Shown here: in pieces, positions 24,675-34,210 of the stretch
Layout: the number at the start of each line of letters is the position of its first letter
Numbering within the stretch: position 1 is the stretch's first letter
IMG/VR virus record: IMGVR_UViG_3300042564_003265
Length of the DNA stretch: 64,000 nucleotides
Direction: 5' to 3' (one strand)
Source: a virus
Lineage: Duplodnaviria; Heunggongvirae; Uroviricota; Caudoviricetes
Notes under the pieces: generated by a model
Databases searched by the model: none
What the model was told of the DNA's origin: nothing
What the model saw: only the letters and a program-made list of their open reading frames with translations
Translations under genes and position numbers: made by a program

Positions 24675-25002
24675 ATTCTATTAAATTAATCGATAATGGT
24701 TTTTCGTATTCGTGAATTAGTTGACCGACATTACTCACGGGTAGGTTATATTTTTTTGAGAACCATTGACCTAAAACTTCAGCAGCTTCATAGTTGTATA
24801 GTTCAAAATTATCTGAAACAAATTCAACGTCATTTTCTAAAACCCATAGGTTATTATCCACGCAAGATTCACCCTTTAATTCAAAAGACATTCTGAAGTG
24901 TTTGTTATCTTCAGTTAAGAATTTGGTAGGTCCTTTAGATTTAATCTTATACTTCTCAAATTTTTTATCTAACGCCTCAAAAATTAATTTATTCTGCTGC
25001 AT
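24661..25002 (-). CDS. hypothetical protein
   Basis: ORF. Confidence 0.45.
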   Translation of the reverse strand: MQQNKLIFEALDKKFEKYKIKSKGPTKFLTEDNKHFRMSFELKGESCVDNNLWVLENDVEFVSDNFELYNYEAAEVLGQWFSKKYNLPVSNVGQLIHEYEKPLSINLIEYGTE

Positions 25003-25549
25003 ATAATCTCATATGATTGTACTCGGCAACATCATTTTTTTCCGCAATTATTCCATATTCGTTTCGAACATTTTCATAAATGATGCCGGTTGGTTCGTTA
25101 ATATATTTACCAATGATGTTAACAAATCCATAATTAGATTCATCAACCGATTCTTGTTTTGTGTTAGGTAACCCACAATAAACCGCCTCACCTACTTCGC
25201 TGATGAACATTCCTGAATAGAATCCCTTCAACCCAAATAAGTCAACAAACTTATCAGCGTTACACCAAATAAACACATTATCCTTCTTCTGTTTTAAAAG
25301 TGGAACACAATGTTGGTCGATGATATAACCCGAATTTCTCCAACCCGAATATTTGAATTGACCCACGGAGAAGAGTCCACCCGGACTGCCGTGACCCATC
25401 ATCATTACTCGGTCGTGTTCTTCAATAAGGTTCATTACGTCCATTTTAGAGATACCACCTCTAACTACAGTCTTGTCTACAACGTCCTTATAAACAATGT
25501 CAAGAAACGAAGTACTATCGTCTTCAGGATGTATAATTAATGTTTTCAT
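24989..25549 (-). CDS. hypothetical protein
   Basis: 186-aa ORF with a promoter at 25554-25584. Confidence 0.45.
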   Translation of the reverse strand: MKTLIIHPEDDSTSFLDIVYKDVVDKTVVRGGISKMDVMNLIEEHDRVMMMGHGSPGGLFSVGQFKYSGWRNSGYIIDQHCVPLLKQKKDNVFIWCNADKFVDLFGLKGFYSGMFISEVGEAVYCGLPNTKQESVDESNYGFVNIIGKYINEPTGIIYENVRNEYGIIAEKNDVAEYNHMRLYAAE

Positions 25550-25553
25550 ATCA

Positions 25554-25584
25554 CAAAGATATTGATATTTTTGAATATTCCAAA
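25554..25584 (-). promoter_or_regulatory. Bacteroidetes-type promoter on the minus strand
   Basis: Reverse complement reads TTTGGaatattcaaaaatatcaaTATCTTTG (N18 spacer) 4 nt upstream of the ATG. Confidence 0.55.
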
Positions 25585-25619
25585 AAAATTAAAGATATTT
25601 TTATATAAATGATATTTTA

Positions 25620-25985
25620 TTATACTCTATCGTACATATCATCTAAAATTCGTTCTGTGACTTCAGTATATCTATCTTCATACTTACATCTTGAGTCATA
25701 GGTCTCAATAGAATGAATTGCAGTTGTGTGGTCTCGACCACTAATCATCTCACCAATACTCTTTAATGAATAATCGAATTCTCTTCTCATAATTGCACAG
25801 AATATGTGTCTAGCGTCACACATCTCACTTTTTCTGCGTCTTGAGAGGATGTCGGTTACCGTAACCCCACAATGTTTAGCAACTATCCCCATTACTTTTT
25901 CAGGTGTGATAATTGCTCTTTTCTTTTTTTTAACCGACGGTAATGAATTTTCTTTAATACCCGGATAAACGTAAGGACTAATCAT
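25620..25985 (-). CDS. DnaA C-terminal (domain IV, DnaA-box-binding HTH) domain-only protein
   Basis: VTVTDILSRRRKSEMCDARHIFCAIMRREFDYSLKSIGEMISGRDHTTAIHSI aligns closely with DnaA domain IV (...SKSRKREIVEARQIAMYLSRELT.LSLPEIG..FGGRDHTTVIHA...). No AAA+ domain. Confidence 0.6.
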   Translation of the reverse strand: MISPYVYPGIKENSLPSVKKKKRAIITPEKVMGIVAKHCGVTVTDILSRRRKSEMCDARHIFCAIMRREFDYSLKSIGEMISGRDHTTAIHSIETYDSRCKYEDRYTEVTERILDDMYDRV

Positions 25986-26006
25986 TTACATAGTTTTGAT
26001 TGTGAA

Positions 26007-26507
26007 TTAATATTTGATGTAACTTATACCACCTTGTGTACCATTAAGTGAATTGTTATATTTTTTTACAGCTTCACTTCTTGGAATAATTTTAGATTTT
26101 TTGTGATAGATTGCCCACTTCCATTCTTTCTCAGGTCGATAACCAGGGCCTTTCCAATGGTGGTGTAGTGATTTAGAATAGTTTTCTAATCTTACAACCT
26201 TACCCTCTAAAACGTTATTTTCAGATACTTCTAAGTACGGCATACCTTCATATAACTTTGTCTTGTTTGGACAATTGTACATAACCGCATATCCACAATC
26301 TAATGATGTTTCTAAATCATCATCACTTCTACCTGAAATTAAAAGTGCGGTGTCAGTAGGAACATTTGTTTCCTTTTTTACTTTTGATTGATATTCGATT
26401 AATCTTGCAAGATTCGAACCGAACTTCTTCATTGCCTCTTGTGGTGAGTTGAAAATATCTGAACAGATACCTTCTTTTAATTGAACTTTGTATTGTTTAA
26501 CTTCCAT
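26007..26507 (-). CDS. hypothetical protein
   Basis: ORF. Confidence 0.45.
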   Translation of the reverse strand: MEVKQYKVQLKEGICSDIFNSPQEAMKKFGSNLARLIEYQSKVKKETNVPTDTALLISGRSDDDLETSLDCGYAVMYNCPNKTKLYEGMPYLEVSENNVLEGKVVRLENYSKSLHHHWKGPGYRPEKEWKWAIYHKKSKIIPRSEAVKKYNNSLNGTQGGISYIKY

Positions 26508-26518
26508 AATATATTTGT

Positions 26519-27592
26519 TTATAATGATATTGAACCTGAGCCGGGTGATTGTGGTTGATTTTCCCTATCTTCATATTGACGCTCTTCATTTCTTTCGATA
26601 AGTTCACCCAGTAGTCTTCTTTCCCTTGCTCTTCTTTCTTCATTTCTTCTTTCAATTCTATTAAGAGTATCTTGGGTAGTGATTTCATTTATGTTGACTT
26701 CCATATTTTGAAGTTCTTGTGGTTCTTCCATCGCTACTGGTTCCATCGGTTGTTCCATCAGTGTTTCAACATCTCTAAATCCTCTATTCATTGAATCTTC
26801 AATTTTTCTTTCGTCATCAGATAGTAAGAATCTATTTGTTTTAGCCTTCTCATTTTTAGATTCCTTTTGAATTAATAATCTTACTTCGTCAGGTATCTCA
26901 GCATCTAATGAATCAATTCTACTATCCTTCTGATTCCAAAATGAAAACTCGGGGTCGTTCTTGTCTAATGAATAAAAACTTGCAACTTTATATCCTGTCT
27001 TTTTATTCAAACAATAAATCAAAACACCTTTACTACTATACTTTATGAAGTAATCAGGATTACCTTCAGAAGTGGTACACCATTTAGTGTTAGAACCATA
27101 TTTTTTAGATGCCAAGTATGTTAATGGTCTTAACACCAACCATTCATCAGTGTCCATTAGTTTTATGATTTGACTTTCCATTTGTTTTGCGTTGAATTTC
27201 AACTCTGCAAGACTGAGTTGATTCATAACATCGTCAAATGATTTATATGTACTTAAATCATTTTGTGGTATCAATCCTCTTTCATTGAAATCACAAAACT
27301 TTCTATATTTTTTTAGGTCCTCGAAATTAAAAAAGCTATCAAGGAAACGATACGTCATCATCAATTGAATATCCGAAAATTGATTTAAATCATCGATTCT
27401 AATAAAATCAAAACTACTCATTAAATTAGTTTTGATTTCCATTATATGTTCATCTAAATTTCGAGTATTTTTCATTAAACGAATTAATGTGTCAGTATAC
27501 TTCGATTTTTTTTCGGGACTGAACAATTCTAAAACATCAATAATGTTTATTGAATTTTGTGTGTTGGATTTTAGTTCCTTGATTTTTGACAT
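26519..27592 (-). CDS. hypothetical protein with a charged Arg/Glu-rich C-terminus
   Basis: 357-aa ORF immediately upstream of the RNA-repair gene set. Confidence 0.45.
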   Translation of the reverse strand: MSKIKELKSNTQNSINIIDVLELFSPEKKSKYTDTLIRLMKNTRNLDEHIMEIKTNLMSSFDFIRIDDLNQFSDIQLMMTYRFLDSFFNFEDLKKYRKFCDFNERGLIPQNDLSTYKSFDDVMNQLSLAELKFNAKQMESQIIKLMDTDEWLVLRPLTYLASKKYGSNTKWCTTSEGNPDYFIKYSSKGVLIYCLNKKTGYKVASFYSLDKNDPEFSFWNQKDSRIDSLDAEIPDEVRLLIQKESKNEKAKTNRFLLSDDERKIEDSMNRGFRDVETLMEQPMEPVAMEEPQELQNMEVNINEITTQDTLNRIERRNEERRARERRLLGELIERNEERQYEDRENQPQSPGSGSISL

Positions 27593-27604
27593 CTTGATAA
27601 ATTT

Positions 27605-28096
27605 TTACTCTGTGATATTATGGTTTCTATCCCATTTAGCCTTTCTTGCTTCAGGAGACAATAAATGACTTTCATCAATTGTATGAGGTATTTGTGCCCT
27701 GATACAAGTTTGTGGTAATCTTGAATTCATTAGGTAGTTATTAATATACCCCATCATATTCGCCGAACCGATTGGGTTAGCCGAATGTATGTAAATTTGT
27801 GGTAATGGAATCTTTTTATTCATACTTTCTGCAACCAACCATTTACAACAATCGTACCCGGTCTTTTCGTTAACTATGTTTTCATAGTTTAATGTGTAGT
27901 TGTTCTTTACATTAGTATAATATTCCACCATTGACTCTTCACCTAAATCGTGGTCTAAAGATATTACTTCAAAGTTCTCCAAACCTTCTAATCTTATTTT
28001 AGTTACAAACTCTGTGTAGTTTCTTACCACAACCCAGTCACCCTCGGTTGGTGTTCTTACGTCATCAAGATATAAGAATATTTTCTTTTTAGTCAT
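27605..28096 (-). CDS. receiver-like domain protein, candidate CPR (cyclic-phosphate-processing receiver) domain
   Basis: N-terminal FLYLDDVRTP and a VISLDHDLGEE motif. Overlaps the RNA ligase gene by 8 nt (translational coupling). The CPR assignment rests on remembered family motifs and operon context only. Confidence 0.35.
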   Translation of the reverse strand: MTKKKIFLYLDDVRTPTEGDWVVVRNYTEFVTKIRLEGLENFEVISLDHDLGEESMVEYYTNVKNNYTLNYENIVNEKTGYDCCKWLVAESMNKKIPLPQIYIHSANPIGSANMMGYINNYLMNSRLPQTCIRAQIPHTIDESHLLSPEARKAKWDRNHNITE

Positions 28097-29285
28097 CTTT
28101 TTTAAATGGTTTTGAATATTTTGGATATAGGTTTTTCCAAATCAATTCGGAACAATCCTTCCCATCCAATAATTTAAACAAAATAGATTGTATTTCCAAA
28201 TTTTGTTTCTTTATTATTTCGGCAGATTCTTTTCTTGTCATCTCAGGAGTGATATATTTCAAGAACGCCATCTCTGCCATTGTTTTAGTAATGACGAACA
28301 TTTGATTAAACTTATATTCTTCATTTTTAACCCAATCATAAAACTCATCAGGAACTTTATCTAATATCTCATCCATTGGTTTACCCGCTCTCAAATATTC
28401 CCATATGTCTCGATTAGATATGTTAGTTAAAATTCTATGAAGACGTTTGTATTCTTCTCCTTTGATTTTCATACGAAATCCATTTTTAAAACGGATTACA
28501 TAACCTTCTCTATCGTTACTGATTTCTTCTTTAAGTAAATCATAACCCTCACCCCAAGTTTTATAAACAGTAACAATGTTTAACTTCAAATTCTTTATTA
28601 AATTTTTCAATCTAATATCTTCATTGTTATCATTATGAATGTCCACTTCATCTCCTGTTGGTGTGTGTATCATTCCTAATAAAACCAAGTCTTCAAAATT
28701 GTAATTGCAAACTATTCTATTCTCGGGATAGATGATTTCAAATAGATAAGTGTAATCTTTAACTAGTCTATTGTAATCGTACTTCTCTAATAACTCTCTC
28801 CCTTTAATTGCTTGTGTTGATGTAAATGAACCTCTAGTTGCTAAAACCCACTCACCTTTTGTTTTTGGTGTTGGTTCATAATACGGGTCATCAAAATCAG
28901 GTAAATTGTTCGGGTCAAAGAACCTTTCCATACCTGTTTCATAATTGTTGTTAAACCAAATGTTATATCTCCTCTCATCACTCAATTCTTCTTCATAATA
29001 AAAAAGAATACCTAATGAACCGTCCATTTTTTCATATACAACAAAATCTTCGTTAGGTATTTCTTCTGGTTTATGTTCTTCGTAGTTAAAAAACTTTTTG
29101 AATGGTCTAGCAACAATTTCACCTTTTGAATTTGTAACCAATCCTCGACATTGCATAGTTATCTCATCCCACAACTTTTCATACTGAACCCTTGGTGAAT
29201 AATTCCAAATGGTTAAGTCTAAGGTTGGGTGTGTTTGTTTATGTAACAAACCGTCCTTGTGATATTTTTCTAATGTCTCTATCAT
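28089..29285 (-). CDS. ATP-dependent RNA ligase, Rnl1 (T4 RnlA)-like
   Basis: Nucleotidyltransferase motif I KxDG in VVYEKMDGSLGILFYY, resembling T4 Rnl1 KEDGSL. 398 aa. Coupled to the flanking phosphoesterase and receiver-like genes. Confidence 0.55.
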   Translation of the reverse strand: MIETLEKYHKDGLLHKQTHPTLDLTIWNYSPRVQYEKLWDEITMQCRGLVTNSKGEIVARPFKKFFNYEEHKPEEIPNEDFVVYEKMDGSLGILFYYEEELSDERRYNIWFNNNYETGMERFFDPNNLPDFDDPYYEPTPKTKGEWVLATRGSFTSTQAIKGRELLEKYDYNRLVKDYTYLFEIIYPENRIVCNYNFEDLVLLGMIHTPTGDEVDIHNDNNEDIRLKNLIKNLKLNIVTVYKTWGEGYDLLKEEISNDREGYVIRFKNGFRMKIKGEEYKRLHRILTNISNRDIWEYLRAGKPMDEILDKVPDEFYDWVKNEEYKFNQMFVITKTMAEMAFLKYITPEMTRKESAEIIKKQNLEIQSILFKLLDGKDCSELIWKNLYPKYSKPFKKDD

Positions 29286-29938
29286 TCTTTCATATGTTGT
29301 AACAAATCAATGTGGTGGTCTAATGCACCTAATTCGGAACCGGTTTTAAGTTTCTTTAATGGATTTAAACATTCCTTTAACAAATCATAAGGTCTGAATT
29401 CAGGGTGACCATCCATACCAACATCCATTCTTCTACCATTACTTATCTTAACTGCGTGTGGTAGATGACAATGTCCGTGTAAGTGAACCCTACCCTTACG
29501 AAGACCATTCCAACTTGATATTGGATAGTGCATCATTTCGATAGTCTCTCCTTGATATTGAAATTGTTCAAACCAACTCACACTTAAGAATAATCTTTTA
29601 ATGTTCTCTCTGTTTCTATCTATGTGATGGTCGTGGTTACCAAGAATAAGATGTATGTTCTTACATATTAATCTATCATAGAACTCTTCTATTTGTTCAA
29701 ATCCTCCGAATGACCAATCACCTAAATGAATTAGTACGTCATCCTGACCAACAACTTCATTGATGTTATTAACAATTGCACTATTCATTTTTTCTAAGTT
29801 TGGGAAATCTCTTGTCTGTGATTCAGGTAATGAACCATCGGGCATTCTCCAAGCAGTTACACCACGACATATGTTTGTGTGGTTATAATGTGTGTCGGAT
29901 GTTATCCAAACTTTTATATTATTTTCTATTTTTATCAT
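29282..29938 (-). CDS. calcineurin-like metallophosphoesterase
   Basis: All MPE motifs present: D-x-H (SDTHYNH), GD (HLGDWSFGG), GNHD (ILGNHDHH), GHxH (LHGHCHLPH). Confidence 0.8.
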   Translation of the reverse strand: MIKIENNIKVWITSDTHYNHTNICRGVTAWRMPDGSLPESQTRDFPNLEKMNSAIVNNINEVVGQDDVLIHLGDWSFGGFEQIEEFYDRLICKNIHLILGNHDHHIDRNRENIKRLFLSVSWFEQFQYQGETIEMMHYPISSWNGLRKGRVHLHGHCHLPHAVKISNGRRMDVGMDGHPEFRPYDLLKECLNPLKKLKTGSELGALDHHIDLLQHMKE

Positions 29939-30237
29939 CCTCTAAAAAATTTAAAATCTTTCTTTTCTTTTTTAACTTGTGATATTGGTGGTGGAGGTGG
30001 TATCGTAAAACCACGAGCTCTTATATGTCTATCACTATTCATATAATTCTTAATCGACTCCTCCTGAGTCCTTTCTTCGCTGACATCTTTCATAATTAAT
30101 GCCAATAATGGACCAAATAATAATGAAAGAATAACCACTTCAAATTTTAACTTATAATGTTTTTTATGATGGTACATTACATATGTTGCGGATGTCAGTT
30201 GAAAAACTATTAGTACAAAAATTAATTCATTACTCAT
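29935..30237 (-). CDS. membrane protein ending in a C-terminal FKF motif (…KKDFKFFRG)
   Basis: Two TM helices and a PPPPP linker. C-terminus matches the FKF family peptide, and the stop overlaps the ATG of the phosphoesterase gene. Confidence 0.4.
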   Translation of the reverse strand: MSNELIFVLIVFQLTSATYVMYHHKKHYKLKFEVVILSLLFGPLLALIMKDVSEERTQEESIKNYMNSDRHIRARGFTIPPPPPISQVKKEKKDFKFFRG

Positions 30238-30238
30238 A

Positions 30239-30430
30239 TTAATCTTTTAATAATGCGTTAATGATTCCTGTTGTTGCACTGAAGGAGAATAATAGATATA
30301 AGATTTTAGTGACCCAATGCCACATAAATAAATTTGGCTCATTACTCACGAACCAAAATATCAAATACCAAAACCCGAATCCAAATACTAATCCAATAAT
30401 GAAAAGTAATATTATTTTAATTGCTTCCAT
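30239..30430 (-). CDS. small membrane protein (2 TM)
   Basis: Hydrophobic 63-aa ORF fitting the gene spacing. Confidence 0.35.
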   Translation of the reverse strand: MEAIKIILLFIIGLVFGFGFWYLIFWFVSNEPNLFMWHWVTKILYLLFSFSATTGIINALLKD

Positions 30431-30434
30431 AATT

Positions 30435-30932
30435 TTAACAAAAATCTGTTGATGTACTCACACGAAGTCCATTGATTATTAAATCATCATATTCAGGTCT
30501 ATCAAAAAATGAACCCATACCATTTGTTCTTTGTTTTCTACGATATTCTTCATTAACAACTAACCCATCCGGTTCACCCCAATTCAAAGACATTAAAATA
30601 AATTCATTAACATCTTGTTCTTCACCATACTCATCAACAACTCGACCTGAACGAATGAATGAAAGTAGTTCTTCTTTGTCGGAGTAGTATTTGTTGTTAT
30701 GAAAATTCCAACAGAATTTCCAACCGCTACTTCGTTTACCTAAATGAATATTAGTATCTTCAATGAAAGAATCCCAAGGAGATTCGCTGGACCATTCATC
30801 AACTTGGATAACACGAAACCCCCTTTCAATATTAAATGGTGTTAATATTAAATCTTCAATGTGTTTTATTAGTTTTTCCTTTTTAGATTCCATCTCGTCT
30901 ACGGTTGGAATTCTATAGTAATTTGTACCCAT
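30435..30932 (-). CDS. hypothetical protein
   Basis: 165-aa ORF. Confidence 0.45.
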   Translation of the reverse strand: MGTNYYRIPTVDEMESKKEKLIKHIEDLILTPFNIERGFRVIQVDEWSSESPWDSFIEDTNIHLGKRSSGWKFCWNFHNNKYYSDKEELLSFIRSGRVVDEYGEEQDVNEFILMSLNWGEPDGLVVNEEYRRKQRTNGMGSFFDRPEYDDLIINGLRVSTSTDFC

Positions 30933-30990
30933 AATAATGTTAGTAAGTCTAAAACAAATTTAGATATTTTTATTGATATTGCAAAATTTT

Positions 30991-31021
30991 CGAAAAAAAA
31001 ATCCCCGATTTTTTCGGGGAT
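30991..31021 (-). terminator. rho-independent terminator (minus strand) downstream of the kinase gene
   Basis: Minus-sense ATCCCCGA aaaaa TCGGGGAT, perfect 8-bp stem followed by U9. Confidence 0.7.
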
Positions 31022-31026
31022 TCATT

Positions 31027-31461
31027 TTATAACTTGACATTGAAACGGTCTCTCATTTGTTTAACCTTTTCATCAGGTACTCCGTGAACATTCTCCCCTC
31101 CGTGGCGATTCTCAACAATTAACGTGTGAACACGATATTTGTATCTTTCCGCAATTTCAAAGTACTTCTCCATCTCCCATTCTTCGGTAAAGGTGTTGGC
31201 TACGACGATTCGACTGAACTCGTTCTTCATTCTCTCCGCACATTTCAACAGACAATCATTGTGGGCTTCTTTTAATTTTGTAGCATCAAAATTATAGGTT
31301 CCCTTTTCGTTTAGAAAGAAGTTGTCTGCCGATAAAACATCGGGATTATCACCTCTCACACATCTTAAAATAACCTCACCAACGGTGGTCTTTCCCGAAC
31401 CGGGAACACCCCTCAATAAGATTAATTCACCGATATATTCAATTTCACTCATAATACTCAT
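31027..31461 (-). CDS. P-loop kinase, polynucleotide 5'-kinase-like (AAA_33 / T4 Pnk kinase-domain type)
   Basis: Walker A LLRGVPGSGKTTVGEV. 144-aa single-domain kinase sitting with the RNA ligase and phosphoesterase. Confidence 0.5.
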   Translation of the reverse strand: MSIMSEIEYIGELILLRGVPGSGKTTVGEVILRCVRGDNPDVLSADNFFLNEKGTYNFDATKLKEAHNDCLLKCAERMKNEFSRIVVANTFTEEWEMEKYFEIAERYKYRVHTLIVENRHGGENVHGVPDEKVKQMRDRFNVKL

Positions 31462-31492
31462 TTTTTATAAATACCCAACAAAGATATTAATT

Positions 31493-32440
31493 TTATTGAA
31501 TATTCTTAAACATTTGTGGTACCGTCCCATAAACAGGTAACTTACCATCCCATTTGTTAATCCATTCTAATTGTAATAACATTGGGGTGATTGTCTTTTG
31601 TTTAAGACTATTCGCCTCAGCTTCCGCCTTAGCAGATGTTAGCATTGCCTGAGCATTACCTTGTGCAGTTGCAACTTTAATCTTGGCTTCCGCCTCGGCT
31701 TGTTTAACTTTGTTCTCAGCCATCAAAGCTCCCTGAACCGCATTATTCTTAGCCTCAATTGCTTTCTTGAATGTTTCAGGATATAAAAGGTTAGATGTGA
31801 ATTGTGTGATGATAAACCCTTCTTTACCTAACTCACCATCTAAAATTCTACGAACCTCAATTTCGAACTTCTGACGATTACTAATCAACTCATCTGCGGT
31901 ATAGACGTTGGTTGCTAATCTAAACGCATCAAACACCGCAGTCTTTAAAAACCCCTCTTCAATTTGGTCTAAACTTCTACGATACTTAGCAAAGATTTGT
32001 GGTACCTTCTCTCTTTGTACTGAGTAGTTAATGATTGGTGAAACGTGAAACTCACTACCATCTTTACTATTCACTACGAACGAATTCTCACCCGTGTATT
32101 CCTTGTGTTGAATGAATGTAGGGAACTCATAAATTGAGTGGGTAATAGGGTTAAAAAACACCATACCAGTCACTTCTACCACATCACTTACTCCTTTATT
32201 GTCACCATACTGATTAACTTTAACACCAACGTGTCCCGCGTCAATTCTCTCACAAGAGAAGAATAAAAAAGTTAATGTAAAAAATGCTGCTACTCCGATT
32301 AAAATGCTTCTCATAATTTTTGTTTGTTTTTCTTTTTGTTCATTATTAAATTCTTGTTCCATCCGGTCTAATTCTTCGACAGTCCTTGGTCTTCTTTCGT
32401 TAAAGTTCCATTGATTGTCGTATCTACTAAATTTTGCCAT
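31493..32440 (-). CDS. SPFH/band-7 (prohibitin/HflK-like) domain membrane protein
   Basis: N-terminal TM helix, SPFH-like core (HVGVKVNQYG...) and an Ala/Glu/Lys coiled-coil tail (KQAEAEAKIKVATAQGNAQAMLTSAKAEAEA). Confidence 0.5.
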   Translation of the reverse strand: MAKFSRYDNQWNFNERRPRTVEELDRMEQEFNNEQKEKQTKIMRSILIGVAAFFTLTFLFFSCERIDAGHVGVKVNQYGDNKGVSDVVEVTGMVFFNPITHSIYEFPTFIQHKEYTGENSFVVNSKDGSEFHVSPIINYSVQREKVPQIFAKYRRSLDQIEEGFLKTAVFDAFRLATNVYTADELISNRQKFEIEVRRILDGELGKEGFIITQFTSNLLYPETFKKAIEAKNNAVQGALMAENKVKQAEAEAKIKVATAQGNAQAMLTSAKAEAEANSLKQKTITPMLLQLEWINKWDGKLPVYGTVPQMFKNIQ

Positions 32441-32441
32441 A

Positions 32442-32831
32442 TTATTTGTTTTTAATTGGGTGGTGAGGGGGTAAAGGAAATTCTGATTTCTTTTTCTTTC
32501 TCGTCTTTACAAATTGTTCGTCACTTTTAACTCCATCGAATTGTTTAGGATTTCTTTTCCTTTTAGGTTTTAGTTCTTCAGGATTAATATAATCCAATTC
32601 AGTTTCACCCGGTTCGATTATCGGTTCGCTAAGTAAATCACTATCTTTCAAATAGAAAAATACAAACACCAAAGTGAACAACCCAACGACACCAGAAACG
32701 ATGTTAAAGATTGTACTTGGAGCTGTTAATCCGGGAAAAACAATAAATGTAAAAATTGCAAAGGTTCCCAAACCAATGAAGATTGGTGTGGTGATTTTGT
32801 TGTTAAATGTTTTTTTGAATAGTTCTTTCAT
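32442..32831 (-). CDS. membrane protein (2 TM) with a basic C-terminus
   Basis: Hydrophobic N-terminal half. Confidence 0.45.
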   Translation of the reverse strand: MKELFKKTFNNKITTPIFIGLGTFAIFTFIVFPGLTAPSTIFNIVSGVVGLFTLVFVFFYLKDSDLLSEPIIEPGETELDYINPEELKPKRKRNPKQFDGVKSDEQFVKTRKKKKSEFPLPPHHPIKNK

Positions 32832-32881
32832 AGTTAGTAAGGTTTTATAAAAATATAATTAAAATTTTTTGAGATTCCAAA

Positions 32882-33202
32882 TTATTGCTCAAGTTTTTTA
32901 TAGGTCATTCCATAAAAACCGTAATTACTTATTACTGATTCCTTATCACCCATAGACATCGCAACTTCTTCGGTAGGAAATATTGCATCGACCGGACATT
33001 CAGGTTCACAAGCACCACAATCAATACAAGTATCAGGATTTATGTAAAGTTGTTTACCCAGTAAATCTCCTTTAGACATTGTAGTTATTTCCGCACCTAA
33101 TCTATCGGTGAATATTGGTCCATTGATTGCATCCACGGGACAAACCGCAACACAACTGGTGTCCAAGCAATTAACACATTTTTTTCCTATAATATATGAC
33201 AT
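32882..33202 (-). CDS. 2x[4Fe-4S] ferredoxin
   Basis: Two CxxCxxCxxxCP clusters: [14 protein letters not shown] and [12 protein letters not shown]. Start placed at MSYIIGKK. Confidence 0.75.
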   Translation of the reverse strand: MSYIIGKKCVNCLDTSCVAVCPVDAINGPIFTDRLGAEITTMSKGDLLGKQLYINPDTCIDCGACEPECPVDAIFPTEEVAMSMGDKESVISNYGFYGMTYKKLEQ

Positions 33203-33212
33203 AAAATAATTT

Positions 33213-33626
33213 TTAACTATCAAACCAAAAGACAAATCGAGGTACCATTCCACGATTGTCAAGGGCTTTCATTATATCAAGTACAAGATGGTAATCAGTA
33301 CCAATGAATACATCTTCATCTTCTTTTTTAAGCATCTCCTCAATTAGCATTTCATATTCGTTGAGTGATAACCAAGAGGGTGTATGGGTATCTTCTTCTT
33401 TATATGCCTCCCTCACTTCATAACTAACAACACCTTTCGGTATACCCTTTGGATGAACTCCGAATTTGAGTTCGGGGTCATATCTGACTATCCCATCAGT
33501 AAGATAACCAAATAGATTATAGTTTCTACCTAAACTAAGTTCTTCCGATACTGAATACCAATGTGGTTCATCTCGTTTATCATCTTTATCTCTATACTCT
33601 ATGTATCCGTGGATGTCGCACCCCAT
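33213..33626 (-). CDS. hypothetical protein
   Basis: ORF. Confidence 0.45.
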   Translation of the reverse strand: MGCDIHGYIEYRDKDDKRDEPHWYSVSEELSLGRNYNLFGYLTDGIVRYDPELKFGVHPKGIPKGVVSYEVREAYKEEDTHTPSWLSLNEYEMLIEEMLKKEDEDVFIGTDYHLVLDIMKALDNRGMVPRFVFWFDS

Positions 33627-34210
33627 AACTTTAAATTTTTTGAAATGTATATTGTTTTATTCATCCAAATGGTTTCTTTTTTTATTATATTATTAAAAAA
33701 AATCCATTCATTTGGATATTCGTTTTTTAATTTTTTTAATAATTCTTTTTTAGTTAAATGTAATTTGTTATTTAAGAAATCAAATTCAGTTCTATTATAT
33801 GGGAACTTATCCCCAAACAATTTTGATAGGTTTTTTAAATTAACAAACTCAAATACGGGTTTCTTTTTTTCTATATCACTATAGAGTGTTTCCCACATAT
33901 TAGTAGACCAATGTTCCGCGTAATTAGTTTTAAATGTATTAACCACCGGTTTCAAGTCTAACTCATCTAACATATTCTCTCTAGCATATGTTAAAACTTC
34001 AGTATGAAGTGCAGTAATAAAGTGTTCTTCAGGTTCGCGATAAATAAAATACGTTATCTTATTTTGGTCAAAATCTTGTTGACTTATTTCTGTGTGGCAC
34101 CCAAGTCTCGTCCAACCCAAAGGACTGGTATAGTCATTCAACCATCTTGTTCCGCACTTTAAAGGTGCTAGAATTGTGTAATTAGTATACCAATACCTCT
34201 TTAATACCAT
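33599..34210 (-). CDS. hypothetical protein (weak sulfotransferase-like PSB-loop resemblance)
   Basis: ILAPLKCGTRWL loosely resembles the 5'-PSB loop P(K/R)SGTTW. Confidence 0.3.
   Translation of the reverse strand: MVLKRYWYTNYTILAPLKCGTRWLNDYTSPLGWTRLGCHTEISQQDFDQNKITYFIYREPEEHFITALHTEVLTYARENMLDELDLKPVVNTFKTNYAEHWSTNMWETLYSDIEKKKPVFEFVNLKNLSKLFGDKFPYNRTEFDFLNNKLHLTKKELLKKLKNEYPNEWIFFNNIIKKETIWMNKTIYISKNLKLWGATSTDT

Noticed and set aside
24412-27668. ORFs 24412, 24696, 24794, 25310, 26497 and 27432 on the non-coding strand or nested
   Set aside because: Overlap well-supported minus-strand genes (DnaA-domain protein, 357-aa protein and others); judged spurious.
29776-31540. Plus-strand ORFs 29776, 30261, 30472 and 31322
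   Set aside because: Antisense to the phosphoesterase, the membrane proteins and the P-loop kinase genes.
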